Shown: piece after piece, positions 49,022 through 60,638 of the stretch
How positions within the stretch are numbered: the first letter of the stretch is position 1
Layout: each line of letters begins with the position of its first letter
From: an uncultured Pelagibacteraceae bacterium
GTDB taxonomy: Bacteria; Pseudomonadota; Alphaproteobacteria; Pelagibacterales; Pelagibacteraceae
Direction: 5' to 3'
DNA length: 64,000 nt
Assembly (NCBI GenBank): GCA_902588925.1
Contig: CACIRB010000001.1
Coordinates: forward strand, 20,218 to 84,217
Made by a program: the position numbers and the translations under genes
The notes under the pieces: model-generated
Seen by the model: only the letters and a program-made list of their open reading frames with translations
What the model was told of the DNA's origin: nothing
Database searches by the model: none

Positions 49022-50893
49022 ATGAAAAATGATTTGTCTTTTGATGTAGTTGTAATTGGTGGTGGTCATGCAGGATGTGAGGCAGCCGCAGCTTCTGCTC
49101 GTCTAGGTGTAAACACAGCCCTATTCACTCATAAAATAGAAACGATTGGTGAGATGTCATGTAATCCTGCAATAGGTGGTTTAGGTAAAGGTCATTTAGT
49201 TCGAGAAATAGATGCACTCGATGGTGTTATGGGAGATGTTGCAGATAAATCAGGCATACAATTTAGATTATTAAATAGAAGCAGAGGGCCAGCTGTGCGT
49301 GGACCAAGAACGCAATCAGATAGAGTATTATATCGTAAATTTATGCAAGAAAAACTGATAAACTACTGTAATTTAAGCATTTTTTCAGATCCTGTAATAA
49401 AGTTTATTTTTAATAATAATGCTATAAATGGTTTTGAAACAAAAGAAGGTAAAAAAGTATCATGTAACAAGTTAATACTAACAACAGGAACTTTTTTAAA
49501 TGGTTTGATACATATAGGTGATGAAAGAACACCAGCAGGAAGGTATGATGAAAAACCTTCAACAGGTTTAAGTGAACAATTAGCAAAATATGATTTTAAA
49601 ATTGGAAGATTAAAAACTGGAACACCTCCCAGGTTAGATGCAAGAACGATTAATTTTGAAAACCTTGAAGAACAATTTGCAGATGATGATCCTTATTATT
49701 TTTCTTTTTTAACTAAAAAAACTTTGAACAGACAAGTGTCATGTCGAATGACTTATACAAATGAGAAGGTTCATAAAATTATAGAAAAAAATTTATCTAA
49801 AAGTGCAATTTACTCAGGTAATATAAAAGGAGTGGGTCCAAGATATTGTCCATCTATAGAAGATAAGATAGTAAAATTTGCAGATAAAGTTCGTCATCAG
49901 ATTTTTTTAGAGCCAGAAGGGCTTAATGATCACACAATTTACCCAAATGGGATCTCTACATCGCTCCCAGCCGAAGTACAAAAAGAAATATGTAATAATA
50001 TCAATGGTTTAGAGAAAGTTACTATTATAAGACCAGGATATGCTATAGAATATGACTATATAGATCCACGTGAACTATTCTTAACCCTTGAAACTAAGAA
50101 GATCAGCAATCTTTATCTTGCTGGGCAGATTAACGGAACAACAGGATATGAAGAAGCAGCTGCGCAAGGCCTTATAGCCGGTATAAATGCAGCTTTATCT
50201 GTCAGAAATTCTGAGCCTTTTATTCTTGATAGATCCGATGCCTATATTGGTGTAATGATTGATGATTTAGTTACTAAGGGAATTGCGGAGCCATACCGTA
50301 TGTTTACATCAAGAGCAGAATATCGATTAAGTTTGAGGGCAGATAATGCAGATCAAAGATTAACAGGTAAGGGAATAGAAATTGGGTTAATTGGAGAGGA
50401 AAGAAAAGCTTTATATTTGGATAAATTTGACAAAATTGAAAAAATTAATTTAAAAATGAATAAATCTAGTATTTCACCATCTAAAGCAGGAAAATTTGGC
50501 GTTAAAATAGCGAAAGATGGAATATTGAGGTCTTCAAATGAGCTGCTAACTCAAAAAGACGTAAATATGAGTAAAATTAGAGAAATATGGCCTGAAATAC
50601 CCTATTTTAGTAAAGAAATAGATGAACAAGTAGAAATTAATGCTCATTACAGGGGGTATTTAAAGAAGCAAAAAGCAGATATTTTAGCATTTAAAAGGGA
50701 TGAGAACTTAATTATTCCTGATAAAATTAATTATGATGGGCTTTCAGGTTTGTCTAATGAGGTTAAAGCTAAATTTAAAGAAATAAAGCCCAAAACTATG
50801 GGTCAAGCTCTAAGAATTGATGGAATAACCCCAGCAGCTGTATATATTTTGTTGTCACACGTAAAAAGAAAGTCTATTAAGCATATAGCTTAA
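49022..50893 (+). CDS. mnmG: tRNA uridine 5-carboxymethylaminomethyl modification enzyme
   Basis: [37 protein letters not shown]. Confidence 0.98.
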   Translation: MKNDLSFDVVVIGGGHAGCEAAAASARLGVNTALFTHKIETIGEMSCNPAIGGLGKGHLVREIDALDGVMGDVADKSGIQFRLLNRSRGPAVRGPRTQSDRVLYRKFMQEKLINYCNLSIFSDPVIKFIFNNNAINGFETKEGKKVSCNKLILTTGTFLNGLIHIGDERTPAGRYDEKPSTGLSEQLAKYDFKIGRLKTGTPPRLDARTINFENLEEQFADDDPYYFSFLTKKTLNRQVSCRMTYTNEKVHKIIEKNLSKSAIYSGNIKGVGPRYCPSIEDKIVKFADKVRHQIFLEPEGLNDHTIYPNGISTSLPAEVQKEICNNINGLEKVTIIRPGYAIEYDYIDPRELFLTLETKKISNLYLAGQINGTTGYEEAAAQGLIAGINAALSVRNSEPFILDRSDAYIGVMIDDLVTKGIAEPYRMFTSRAEYRLSLRADNADQRLTGKGIEIGLIGEERKALYLDKFDKIEKINLKMNKSSISPSKAGKFGVKIAKDGILRSSNELLTQKDVNMSKIREIWPEIPYFSKEIDEQVEINAHYRGYLKKQKADILAFKRDENLIIPDKINYDGLSGLSNEVKAKFKEIKPKTMGQALRIDGITPAAVYILLSHVKRKSIKHIA

Positions 50894-51537
50894 TGGATCA
50901 AGAAATTTTAAATTCTTACTCTAGACTTAATGATCTAAATGTTTCACGTGAAACATTTTTAGACTTTGAAAACTATATATCTCTGATTCTGGAAAAAAAT
51001 AAAAAAATTAACATAATTGGTCAAAATACAGCATCAAAAAATGCAATAATTGAGCGTCATATTATTGATTCTGCACAAATAATTGATTTTGTTGATTTAA
51101 ATTGCAATACAACTACAGATTTAGGCTCTGGAGCTGGTTTACCAGGAATTATCGTAGCAATTATACTAAAAAACATGAAGAATAAAATGAATGTGCATCT
51201 ATATGAAAAAAGCTACCATAAAAGCCATTTTTTAAAAGAAGTTTCAAAAAAATTAAATTTAAATACAAAAGTTTTTCAAAAAAATATTTTTGAGATAAAA
51301 AATTTAGAGACAGGAACAATTATGTCGAGAGCATTTAAACCTATGCCTGTTGTTTTAGATTTAGTTTATGAAAATTTTTCGAAATATAAAAATTTAATTT
51401 TCTTTATGGGTAAAAGCGGAAAAAAAGTTTTTGAAAATTCAAAAAAAAAATGGAATTTGGAATATATAGAAAAGAAAAGTTTAACAAGTAAGGATTCATT
51501 TTTGATAAATATAAAAAAAATTAAAAAAAAAAATTAA
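50893..51537 (+). CDS. rsmG: 16S rRNA m7G527 methyltransferase
   Basis: RHIIDS, DLGSGAGLPG, SRA. Confidence 0.92.
   Translation: MDQEILNSYSRLNDLNVSRETFLDFENYISLILEKNKKINIIGQNTASKNAIIERHIIDSAQIIDFVDLNCNTTTDLGSGAGLPGIIVAIILKNMKNKMNVHLYEKSYHKSHFLKEVSKKLNLNTKVFQKNIFEIKNLETGTIMSRAFKPMPVVLDLVYENFSKYKNLIFFMGKSGKKVFENSKKKWNLEYIEKKSLTSKDSFLINIKKIKKKN
50940..50955. promoter_or_regulatory. parS site (ParB loading site)
   Basis: Perfect consensus palindrome TGTTTCACGTGAAACA inside rsmG, about 600 bp upstream of parA. Confidence 0.93.
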
Positions 51538-51558
51538 AAAGAAATTGAAAAAAATTAA

Positions 51559-52353
51559 ATGCAAATTATTTCAGTCATAAATCAAAAGGGTGGGGTAGGA
51601 AAAACCACAACAGTAATAAATCTTGCAGCTGGACTATCACAACATGATAAAAAAATTTTAGTTATAGACCTAGATCCTCAGGGAAATGCAACTACTGGAC
51701 TTGGATTATCTAATATGGATAACTCAAGTGATACAATTTATGGAGTATTGAATGGAACTAAAGAAATTTATCAAGTAATAAAGAAGACCCAGTTCGAAAA
51801 TTTGGATTTGGTAACTTCTAATGTTGACTTATCAGGTCTAGAGGTTGAAACAGCTGATGATATAAATAGAGCTTTTATTTTAAAGCGTAAATTAGCCGCT
51901 TATTTAAATGATTCTAGAGGACCATATGATTATATACTGATAGACTGCCCACCTTCACTTAGCCTGTTGACTGTTATGGCCCTTGTATGCTCAGACTCAC
52001 TTTTGGTCCCCTTGCAGACAGAATTTTTTGCTCTTGAAGGTCTAACGCAGCTTATGAAGACAATTGAAAGAATAAAAGTAAGTTTAAACCCAGATTTAAA
52101 AATAAGGGGCATACTTTTAACAATGTATGACAAAAGAAATAAATTATCTTCACAAGTTGAAAAAGAAGCAAGAGATTATTTTAGTGAAAAAGTTTACTCA
52201 ACAGTAATACCAAGGAATGTTAGATTATCAGAAGCACCTTCGCATGGAATGCCAGTTTTAATTTATGATAAATCATGCCCAGGTAGTAAGTCATATTTTA
52301 GTTTTACAGATGAATTTATAAATCAAGAGTCAAAAATAGGAAGTGCTGCTTAA
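51559..52353 (+). CDS. parA: Chromosome partitioning ATPase
   Basis: NQKGGVGKTTT, DLDPQGNA, DCPPSL, PRNVRLSEAPS. Confidence 0.97.
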   Translation: MQIISVINQKGGVGKTTTVINLAAGLSQHDKKILVIDLDPQGNATTGLGLSNMDNSSDTIYGVLNGTKEIYQVIKKTQFENLDLVTSNVDLSGLEVETADDINRAFILKRKLAAYLNDSRGPYDYILIDCPPSLSLLTVMALVCSDSLLVPLQTEFFALEGLTQLMKTIERIKVSLNPDLKIRGILLTMYDKRNKLSSQVEKEARDYFSEKVYSTVIPRNVRLSEAPSHGMPVLIYDKSCPGSKSYFSFTDEFINQESKIGSAA

Positions 52354-53192
52354 TGGATAAAATTAAAAAGGGTCTGGGCAGAGGTTTATCATCATTGATT
52401 GGGGAAGCAAAAGTAGAGCCAGAGAAAAATCAATTACAAATTAGCGATCTTGTTCCAAATAAGTATCAGCCAAGAAAAATATTTGATGAAAATAATTTAA
52501 TTGATCTGACAAATTCAATTAAAGAAAGGGGAATGATACAACCAATCATTGTTCGAAAATCAAATGATAGTGAAGGAAAATTTGAAATAATAGCGGGTGA
52601 GCGGAGATGGCTTGCAGCTCAAAGGGCAGGTCTTCACAATGTTCCTGTTGTAATTACACAAGCTGACGATTTAAAATCTTTAGAATTTGCAATCGTTGAA
52701 AATGTTCAAAGGCATGATCTTAATCCTCTTGAGGAAGCCCAAGGTTATAAAAGATTAATTAATGAGTTTTCTTATGACCAAGAAAAAGTTTCAAAATTTA
52801 TTGGAAAAAGTCGAAGTCATATCACAAATTCTTTGAGACTTTTAAACTTACCAGACGATGTAATAAAATTAATTGAAACCCAAAAATTAACAGCTGGTCA
52901 CGCTAAAATTTTGGTTGGGCTTGATAATGCTAGTTTTGTTGCAAACAAAATTATTGAAAAAAAATTATCTGTCAGACAGGCAGAAAATTTTGTTAAAATT
53001 TTCAAAAATAAAAAAAAATCAAGCTTAATTAAAGATACAAATATTATTGCACTTGAATTATCTATATCAAATAAGATTGGATTAAATGTAGATATAAAAA
53101 ATAATAAAAGAAATAAAGGTAAAATAAGTTTTGAATATAAAGATTTAGATCAGTTAAATAAAATAATTGATATAATTAAGTCTAATTATTAG
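52353..53192 (+). CDS. parB: Chromosome partitioning protein
   Basis: GLGRGL, QPR, IAGERRW, ENVQR, HTH GKSRSHITNSLRL. Confidence 0.97.
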   Translation: MDKIKKGLGRGLSSLIGEAKVEPEKNQLQISDLVPNKYQPRKIFDENNLIDLTNSIKERGMIQPIIVRKSNDSEGKFEIIAGERRWLAAQRAGLHNVPVVITQADDLKSLEFAIVENVQRHDLNPLEEAQGYKRLINEFSYDQEKVSKFIGKSRSHITNSLRLLNLPDDVIKLIETQKLTAGHAKILVGLDNASFVANKIIEKKLSVRQAENFVKIFKNKKKSSLIKDTNIIALELSISNKIGLNVDIKNNKRNKGKISFEYKDLDQLNKIIDIIKSNY

Positions 53193-54171
53193 TTTTTGAA
53201 GCAGATTGTGCCAATAAAAAATCTGTAATTAAATTCAGAGAATTATTAAAGTTTTTTTTAATTATTAATTCTAATTCATTAATCTTGTAGATTAATAATC
53301 TCAATTTTTGTGGGTTCCAATTTTGAACTTGACGTTTTGTAGTTTGTTTCTCCTTCCAAAAAATTGGAGGTTTTGCAGTAGAAATTGTTAGATCAATATT
53401 TTTGTTTTTTTCATATTCCATTGAAAGTATTAATATTTTTTTTGATTTATTTAATAAAGTTCTTAAAATAATTATGCAATCTTCATTTGAGTAAATATTT
53501 TCGTTTAAAATTTTTATTAATTTGATTTTGTTTTTTTCCAAACAATTATCAATCAATTCAGATATGCTATGATTTTCCGACAAATTAATTAATTTTTTTA
53601 TTACGTTATCTGTTAGTTTTTTTCCACTAGTAGAAAAGTTTTCAATTTTTAATAATTCATTATATAAATTTTCTCTATCTCCTAGGCTTTTTGTTACAAT
53701 TTGATTGATATTTGATTGCGAAATAGGAATGTTTCTTTTTTTAAAAAATTCGAAAGCTAACTTCGAGAGAGTTTGCTCATTGTCAGGATAAAAAGGTATG
53801 CATATTAGTTTTTTATCTTTCTCAAAATAAGATCTTAGTTTTGATTTTTTTTCAAGATTATCTGAATGAATAATTATTGTATCTGATATTTCTTTTAAAT
53901 GAATTTCCTCAATGATTTTATGAATTTTATCTGATGCTCTTTTAATTAGAAAAATTTGTTTTTCCGAAAATAAAGATTTATTTAAAATATTTTCTAAAAA
54001 ATTGTTTGAATTATCTAAGATTTCTTTTTCTTCGTATATTTCTATGTTATCAAAATTTGAGTTTAGTTTGTCAGTTAATTGTCTTTTTAGACCATCATTT
54101 CTTCCATACATTAAAATTATATTATTTTTACTAGTATTAATTTTACTTGTTTCAAATGATTTAATTATCAT
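53182..54171 (-). CDS. holA: DNA polymerase III delta subunit
   Basis: LMYG, SLF, KKSKLR, PPIFWK; leuS-lptE-holA order. Confidence 0.85.
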   Translation of the reverse strand: MIIKSFETSKINTSKNNIILMYGRNDGLKRQLTDKLNSNFDNIEIYEEKEILDNSNNFLENILNKSLFSEKQIFLIKRASDKIHKIIEEIHLKEISDTIIIHSDNLEKKSKLRSYFEKDKKLICIPFYPDNEQTLSKLAFEFFKKRNIPISQSNINQIVTKSLGDRENLYNELLKIENFSTSGKKLTDNVIKKLINLSENHSISELIDNCLEKNKIKLIKILNENIYSNEDCIIILRTLLNKSKKILILSMEYEKNKNIDLTISTAKPPIFWKEKQTTKRQVQNWNPQKLRLLIYKINELELIIKKNFNNSLNLITDFLLAQSASKTNN

Positions 54172-54610
54172 CTAGGTTCAGTAAATATAAAACCAATTTA
54201 TCTTTAACAATCTCTGAAAAATTTTTCTTGATTTCTCTTTCATAATTAGATTGCTCAAATTTTTGATCATTTTTTTTAATTTTAAAACTCTCTTTGTAAG
54301 ATACCTCTTTATTTTCTGATAATATTATAAATTTAACAGTGAAGTCTAATCTATAATCAGTGGCATTACCCGTAGCATCTTTTGTTAAAATGATTTTTTC
54401 AAATTTTGTCTCAGCGTTTATATCAAAAATGTTTGCTGAGTTAATGTCAGATGCAATTTTAAAATTATTTTTAATATAATTATTTAATTCAAAATCACCT
54501 TCAATTTTTTTTAAATTCAAGAGCATATCATTTTTACCAGCAAGATATAAAGGTGAGTAGCCACAGCTATAAATAAAAATTATAATTATAAGCAAAAATA
54601 TTTTTTTCAT
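54161..54610 (-). CDS. lptE: LptE-like LPS assembly lipoprotein
   Basis: Lipobox YSC followed by GYSPLY; between leuS and holA. Confidence 0.75.
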   Translation of the reverse strand: MKKIFLLIIIIFIYSCGYSPLYLAGKNDMLLNLKKIEGDFELNNYIKNNFKIASDINSANIFDINAETKFEKIILTKDATGNATDYRLDFTVKFIILSENKEVSYKESFKIKKNDQKFEQSNYEREIKKNFSEIVKDKLVLYLLNLDDN

Positions 54611-54611
54611 T

Positions 54612-57155
54612 TTAGATGATTATATTTAAAAGCTTATTTTTTATATAGATACTTTTTTTAATTTGGTTGTTTTGAAGGTATTTGGCAATCTGCTTATCTT
54701 TTTTTGTAATTTCCAAAATCTCTTCTTCAGCTTTATCAGGATCAAGTGGAATTAATGCTCTTTTCTTTCCATTAACTTGAACGACCAAATTTATTTTATC
54801 TTCCATAGTTAATTTGTCATCATAATCAGGCCATTTAAAATTTTTTATATCTATTAATTCTAAACATTCATTCGAAAAATGTGGCAATACGGGCTGCATA
54901 GACACTAAAATTTTTTGATAATTTTCTTTGAGAGTTTCTTTTTTATAATTCTTGTTAATTAATTTTGTTAGTTGAGAATACATCTCATGTAAATTAGCTA
55001 TAATTTTATTATAACTAAAGCTTTCAAGATTTTCCGTAATTCTTTTTAAAAATCTATTAGTGTATTTAATTAATTCTTCATCCGTGTCCTCTTTATGATT
55101 TTTATTGATCTCCTCTGTTATTTTTTCATTTAAATTCCATAGTTTCTGCACAAATTTGAAAGATGATGATATTCCCTCCTCAGACCATTGAACATCTTTT
55201 TCCGGAGGGCTATCGGATAATATAAATAATCTAGCAGCATCAGCTCCATAAATTGAAATAATATTTTCCGGATCTATTGTATTTTTTTTTGATTTTGACA
55301 TTGATTCTGATGAACCTACTTTCACAAGTTTTGAGTTATCAGCTTTTAAATATTTTTTACCATTAATTGTTTCAATTTCTTCAGGACTAACCCAGTTATT
55401 ATCAGGATCTTTATAAGTTTCATGACAAACCATTCCCTGAGTAAATAAACCGTAAAATGGTTCTTTAATGTTTGCTTTGTCATTATTTTGAGAAATTGCT
55501 CTCATAAAAAACCTTGAATAAAGTAGATGTAAAATAGCATGTTCTACACCTCCTATATACTGGTCTACTGGCATCCAATATTTTATATCTTCTTCTTTAA
55601 AACCATACTTACTTTCACTAGGTGAGCAGAATCTTAAAAAATACCAAGAAGAACAAACAAATGTATCTAGGGTATCTGTTTCTCTTACTAATTTTTTTCC
55701 ATCGATAACCACTTCTTTCCAATTTTCTTGATGATCTAGAGGATTACCTTTGACATTTAGATTTATATTCTGTGGTAACTTAACAGGTAACATTGAGTCT
55801 GGAATTTTATGTATTGCTCCATTTTCATCATAAGCTATAGGTATTGGGCACCCCCAATATCTTTGTCTGGAAACTCCCCAATCTTTCAATCTAAAATTTA
55901 TATTTTTTGATCCTAAATTTTTTTCTTCTAAGATTTCTATTGTTTTGATTACAGATTTATTTGGTGCCTCGATACCATTTAAAAAATCTGAGTTTATTAA
56001 AATTCCTTCACCAGGATATGCTTCATCAGTTACTTTATAATCGTCTCCTTTATCATATGGTCTTACTACTGTTTTAATATCTAGATTATATTTTTTTGCA
56101 AAATCAAAATCTCTTTGATCGTGTGCTGGACATCCAAACACTGCGCCAAAACCATAATCCATAAGTACAAAGTTTGCAAAGTATACAGGAACTTTTTGAT
56201 CTGGATTTAGCGGGTTAATTGCTTTTAAATTTGTTTTAAATCCAACTTTTTCCGCTACAGCTATTGCTTCTTCTGTTGTTCCTGTTTTTGAACATTCTTC
56301 TTTAAATTTTATAAAATCATTATTTTCTTTATAAAATTTGGATATTTCATGATCAATTGAAAGTGCCAAAAACGAAAATCCAAACAACGTGTCGGGTCTA
56401 GTAGTGAAACATTTTATATTTTTAACAGGTAAATCACCCTCTATTTTAAAGTCTATTTCGCACCCAAATGATTTACCTATCCAATTTTTTTGCATAGTTT
56501 TAACCTTTTTTGGCCAATGATCTAGTTTTTCTAGACCGTCTAATAAATCTTGAGAAAATTTTGAGATATTAAAAAACCACTGACTTAGTTTTTTTCTTTC
56601 AACTATAGCCCCTGATCTCCATCCTTTGCCATCGATTACTTGTTCGTTTGCAAGAACAGTTTCATCAACAGGATCCCAGTTTACATAGTTTTCTTTTCTA
56701 TAGACTAATTTTTTATCTAATAGTTCTAAAAAAAATTTTTGTTGATGTTTATAATAATCTTCTGAACAAGTTGAAATTTCTCTATCCCAATCAATAGATA
56801 ACCCAAGTTTTTTTAATTGAGATTTCATTTTTGAAATGTTTTCTTCTGTCCATTTTTTTGGATCTAAATTATTTTGTTTTGCCGCATTTTCTGCTGGCAT
56901 TCCAAAAGAATCCCAGCCCATTGGATGAAGAACATTAAATCCTTTAAGAGATTTATAACGAGCAAGAACATCTCCTATTGTATAATTTCGAACATGTCCC
57001 ATGTGTATTTTTCCCGAGGGATAGGGAAACATTTCTAAACAATAGAATTTTTTTTTATTTTTATCTATTCCAACTGAAAAACTTTTATTTACTTCCCAGT
57101 ATTTTTGCCATTTTTCCTCAATAAGTTTGAAATTATATCTACTTTTTACTTTCAC
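54612..57155 (-). CDS. leuS: Leucine--tRNA ligase
   Basis: MFPYPSG, HMGH, SRQRYWG, SMSKS. Confidence 0.97.
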   Translation of the reverse strand: MKVKSRYNFKLIEEKWQKYWEVNKSFSVGIDKNKKKFYCLEMFPYPSGKIHMGHVRNYTIGDVLARYKSLKGFNVLHPMGWDSFGMPAENAAKQNNLDPKKWTEENISKMKSQLKKLGLSIDWDREISTCSEDYYKHQQKFFLELLDKKLVYRKENYVNWDPVDETVLANEQVIDGKGWRSGAIVERKKLSQWFFNISKFSQDLLDGLEKLDHWPKKVKTMQKNWIGKSFGCEIDFKIEGDLPVKNIKCFTTRPDTLFGFSFLALSIDHEISKFYKENNDFIKFKEECSKTGTTEEAIAVAEKVGFKTNLKAINPLNPDQKVPVYFANFVLMDYGFGAVFGCPAHDQRDFDFAKKYNLDIKTVVRPYDKGDDYKVTDEAYPGEGILINSDFLNGIEAPNKSVIKTIEILEEKNLGSKNINFRLKDWGVSRQRYWGCPIPIAYDENGAIHKIPDSMLPVKLPQNINLNVKGNPLDHQENWKEVVIDGKKLVRETDTLDTFVCSSWYFLRFCSPSESKYGFKEEDIKYWMPVDQYIGGVEHAILHLLYSRFFMRAISQNNDKANIKEPFYGLFTQGMVCHETYKDPDNNWVSPEEIETINGKKYLKADNSKLVKVGSSESMSKSKKNTIDPENIISIYGADAARLFILSDSPPEKDVQWSEEGISSSFKFVQKLWNLNEKITEEINKNHKEDTDEELIKYTNRFLKRITENLESFSYNKIIANLHEMYSQLTKLINKNYKKETLKENYQKILVSMQPVLPHFSNECLELIDIKNFKWPDYDDKLTMEDKINLVVQVNGKKRALIPLDPDKAEEEILEITKKDKQIAKYLQNNQIKKSIYIKNKLLNIII

Positions 57156-57753
57156 TTATATTTCCAAAATTTTTAGGAACCTTATAATCTTTGTTTTGTA
57201 TATTTTTTTTCTCGTCAATTTGTGCTTTATAAATTGCAGCTTTTTTTAAAATTTCTCTCTTTATTTCATTTGATAAATCTCCACTGGATTCGGAAAATTT
57301 ACAATTTACTAAAGAGTCGGTACATTTTCGATTAAATATTTTTACATCCAAAGCATCTGATCTTAATTCATTGGTTAAAAATCTTATTGAAATTTTTATA
57401 CTTTCATTAGGACTATTGTTTTCTGAATACCAATCAGTAACAATTATCCCACCACTATAGTTTACCGATGACAAAGGCATAAAATCTATTACATCCAAAG
57501 ATGCTTTCCACAATCCATTTGAACTCGCAAATTCAAAAACTCCACTCCCTTTATTACGTTTAATTGATTCGTTTAATCTGAAACCTTTACCCTCTTGAAG
57601 ATTTTTCTCGATTCTTTTTGCAGGGTCTGCAGGAGTTTTTCTGGCATCTCCACCTGGAAGTTTAAATTTACCATCTGGGCCTTTGCATGATAAAAATAAA
57701 AAAGGCAAAATAAGAATGATAAAGGCAAATTTATAGATATTTGATAGTTTCAT
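57139..57753 (-). CDS. DUF3576-like lipoprotein
   Basis: Lipobox LSC; [23 protein letters not shown]; upstream of leuS. Confidence 0.82.
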   Translation of the reverse strand: MKLSNIYKFAFIILILPFLFLSCKGPDGKFKLPGGDARKTPADPAKRIEKNLQEGKGFRLNESIKRNKGSGVFEFASSNGLWKASLDVIDFMPLSSVNYSGGIIVTDWYSENNSPNESIKISIRFLTNELRSDALDVKIFNRKCTDSLVNCKFSESSGDLSNEIKREILKKAAIYKAQIDEKKNIQNKDYKVPKNFGNISESKK

Positions 57754-57950
57754 AATTTTTGTGAGATATATCTACTATATATCCTTAAAATATCTAATAA
57801 TTTCATTATTTGAGACTAATTTGTTGTATAAATGTTACACTTATGATTTTTTTCAATAAATCAATGGTTAATTGCAATAAATTTCAATTCCAAGAGCTAT
57901 AAGTTCATTGTTTATTATTAATAATAACAATCAATAAAGGAGTAATTAAT

Positions 57951-58907
57951 ATGAACATTAAAAAAGTAGGTTTGACTGCACTTGCAGCTTCACTTGTTTC
58001 TTTCTCAGCAAATGCTGGTGAATTGACAGTGACTGGTGCAGCATCAGTTAGCGTTGCTGGATACAGTGCTGAAATGGGAAATAATCCAAAATCATTCACT
58101 ATGGGTAACCAGTTCACAGTATCTGGTGGTGGTGAATTAGATAATGGTCTTACTGTTGCTTATTCTATGCAAGTAGATCAAGGTGTACCAATTGATGACC
58201 ATTCAGTAACAATAAGTTCTGAAGGTATGGGAACTTTAGTATTTGCTGGTCATGGTGGAAGTTCAGCTACTACATCAATAGATGCATCTGTTGCAGGTGA
58301 TATCTGGGATGGATTTGATGGTGCAGCTGCAGTTGCAGTAGGTGTTACTGGTGCAGCTATAAAAGATAGCGCCCCTGGTGATAACTCTATCTTCTATACT
58401 CTACCATCAATAGTAGATGGTCTATCAGTATTTGCTTCAATGAACCCGCAAGAGAGCGCAGTTAATGAAACAGAAACTGGTTTTGGAGCAACATATACTG
58501 GTATTGAAGGTTTAACAGTAAGTTACGCAACAACTGATATTGAGTCTGGAGCAACAGCTTCGTCTGGTGACCACACTGCAATGAAAGTAAGCTACGCTTA
58601 TGGTCCAGTAACTGTTGGGTACTCTAAAAATGATCACGATGTTGGTACAGTTGGAAGTGATACAGAACTAACTGCTTGGAATGTTGCTTATACAGTAAGT
58701 GATGAACTTTCAGTTTCTTACGGTTCTGAAGAACTAGCAGTAGGTTCAAACACTACAGATGCAGAATATTCTGCTCTTGTTGTTGCTTACACATCTGGTG
58801 GTATGACACTTACAGGAAAAATGGAATCTGCTGATAACGTAGACCATTCTGCAAACGCTCAAGCTGACCAAGAATACTACATCTTGACAGCTGCATTTGC
58901 ATTCTAA
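57951..58907 (+). CDS. Outer-membrane porin
   Basis: Signal peptide ending ANA, GELDNGL, alternating beta-strand pattern, C-terminal Phe; RBS AAGGAG; followed by a terminator. Confidence 0.9.
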   Translation: MNIKKVGLTALAASLVSFSANAGELTVTGAASVSVAGYSAEMGNNPKSFTMGNQFTVSGGGELDNGLTVAYSMQVDQGVPIDDHSVTISSEGMGTLVFAGHGGSSATTSIDASVAGDIWDGFDGAAAVAVGVTGAAIKDSAPGDNSIFYTLPSIVDGLSVFASMNPQESAVNETETGFGATYTGIEGLTVSYATTDIESGATASSGDHTAMKVSYAYGPVTVGYSKNDHDVGTVGSDTELTAWNVAYTVSDELSVSYGSEELAVGSNTTDAEYSALVVAYTSGGMTLTGKMESADNVDHSANAQADQEYYILTAAFAF

Positions 58908-58928
58908 TTTAATTTAGAAATACAGTTT

Positions 58929-58959
58929 AAAAGAGGCCCCTTTTTAGGGGCCTTTTTTT
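58929..58959. terminator. Intrinsic terminator, probably bidirectional
   Basis: Stem AGGCCCCT/AGGGGCCT with TTTT loop, A-run before and T-run after, between convergent genes. Confidence 0.9.
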
Positions 58960-59482
58960 ATTCAAAATAAGATATTCCAGCAAATTCAGATAGATTTAAA
59001 ATTTTTAGTCTTTTTAAGTTTTTTTTAGAAATACCACCCAAAACAACAACTTCTTTTCGTGTCATTTTTGAAAGTAGTTTGAATTTATTTATTCCTAAAT
59101 AATTTTTATTTTTTTTAAATAAAGAGGATAGAAAAATTTTATCAACTTTTTGAGTTTCTTTAGTTCTAATTTCTCTAAGATTATGGGCTGATCCAACAAT
59201 TTTAAAATTTTTTTTAAAAGAATAAGAAAGATGTTTCGTATTTTTATTAAAAGATGGAATATATGCTCCATCTAAATTAAGTTTAATTGCAATTTGAATG
59301 TTGTTAGATAAATAAAATTTTATTCTTTTTTTTTTACAATAGTTTTTAATTTTTAAAATAAGTTTTTCATTTACTGTTTCTGAGTAATAATTTCTATAAA
59401 TAACAATTGTTTGATTATCCAATTTATCAATATTGTTTGTTTCAAATTTATTTATGAAGTAATATTTAATATCTTTATGCAT
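58958..59482 (-). CDS. Thiamine-phosphate synthase/TenI-like protein (divergent)
   Basis: DGAYIP, GSAHN, FLSSLF, LGGI. Confidence 0.75.
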   Translation of the reverse strand: MHKDIKYYFINKFETNNIDKLDNQTIVIYRNYYSETVNEKLILKIKNYCKKKRIKFYLSNNIQIAIKLNLDGAYIPSFNKNTKHLSYSFKKNFKIVGSAHNLREIRTKETQKVDKIFLSSLFKKNKNYLGINKFKLLSKMTRKEVVVLGGISKKNLKRLKILNLSEFAGISYFE

Positions 59483-60136
59483 AATACTGTAAAAAATTTA
59501 TTAGATATTGATAATAATATCAAAGTTCATCTAAAAAAATTAAATATTAATAGCAAGCCAAAAATTATAGCAGTATCTAAAACTTTTAAAATTGATAAAA
59601 TTTTACCACTCATAGAATATGGACATATTGATTTTGGAGAAAACAAAGTTCAAGAAGCAATTGAAAAATGGACAGATATCAAAAAAACAAAAACTCAAAT
59701 AAAATTGCATATGATCGGGAAATTACAGACAAACAAAGTAAAATATGCTGTTAGAATTTTTGATTACATCCACTCTGTTGATAGTGCAAAACTTGCAAAA
59801 AAAATTGCTGATGAACAAAATAAAATAAATAAAAAAATTAAAGTTTTTTTACAGATAAACATAGGCGATGAAGATCAAAAATCAGGTATTAATAAAGCTG
59901 AAGCAAATCAGCTTGTTACTTACTGTAAAGAAATCGGATTAGATTTAATTGGATTAATGTGTATTCCTCCAGCAAATATTGATCCTAATAATTATTTTGA
60001 AGAGATGAACAGACTCAATAAATCTTTTGGTTTTGAAGACTTAAGTATGGGTATGTCCTCAGATTATCTTATTGCTGCTAAACATTTCTCCACATACTTG
60101 AGAGTTGGTTCTAGTATTTTTGGCTTTAGAAATTAA
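59477..60136 (+). CDS. yggS: PLP-binding protein, YggS family
   Basis: IAVSKT, FGENKVQE, HMIGKLQTNK, LSMGMS.DY, RVGSSIFG; start set to ATG 59477. Confidence 0.93.
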   Translation: MHNTVKNLLDIDNNIKVHLKKLNINSKPKIIAVSKTFKIDKILPLIEYGHIDFGENKVQEAIEKWTDIKKTKTQIKLHMIGKLQTNKVKYAVRIFDYIHSVDSAKLAKKIADEQNKINKKIKVFLQINIGDEDQKSGINKAEANQLVTYCKEIGLDLIGLMCIPPANIDPNNYFEEMNRLNKSFGFEDLSMGMSSDYLIAAKHFSTYLRVGSSIFGFRN

Positions 60137-60627
60137 AAAATTTTAATTTTAGAATTTTTTTTAATTAACTTAAGCAAGATTAAAAAATCCTTTTTTTTCA
60201 AAGCAATACATCCAGCAGTAGGTTTGAAATTTTTAGTTAAGTGAATAAAAATACAACTTCCTAGACCGGGTATCGGTTTTTCAAAATTATATTTAATTGG
60301 TATTAGAAAATCATACTTATGATCTTTTCTTAATAATTTTTCATGACCAACTTTTTTTTCGATTTTGATAAGTTTGTTATATTTTTTTGGAAAATGAATA
60401 TCATCACACCAACCCATATTTTTTTTTATCTGAACACATTTTAGTGAAGTTGTTGGTTTTTTTAAACGGTCCTTCCTAAAATAAAGATTTTCAATTTTAA
60501 AGGTACCAATTGGGGTTTTTTTATCTCCCTCTTTTTTATTCTGTGTTAATCCCTTTTTTCCTATACAACACCTAAATGTAAATTTATCTATTTGAAGAGT
60601 ATGTTTATTTTTTACCAAAATTGTCAT
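60133..60627 (-). CDS. L,D-transpeptidase-like (YkuD-fold) protein
   Basis: KKEGDKKTP, WCDD, GSCIFIH, TAGCIAL. Confidence 0.85.
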   Translation of the reverse strand: MTILVKNKHTLQIDKFTFRCCIGKKGLTQNKKEGDKKTPIGTFKIENLYFRKDRLKKPTTSLKCVQIKKNMGWCDDIHFPKKYNKLIKIEKKVGHEKLLRKDHKYDFLIPIKYNFEKPIPGLGSCIFIHLTKNFKPTAGCIALKKKDFLILLKLIKKNSKIKIF

Positions 60628-60638
60628 ATTCTATATTT

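Noticed and set aside
50853-50868. Degenerate parS-like sequence at the end of mnmG
   Set aside because: Too many mismatches to the consensus; explained by coding sequence.
51510-51558. Long A-runs at the end of rsmG (and elsewhere) as phase-variation tracts
   Set aside because: A/T homopolymers are ubiquitous here, encode Lys runs, and the reading frames are intact.
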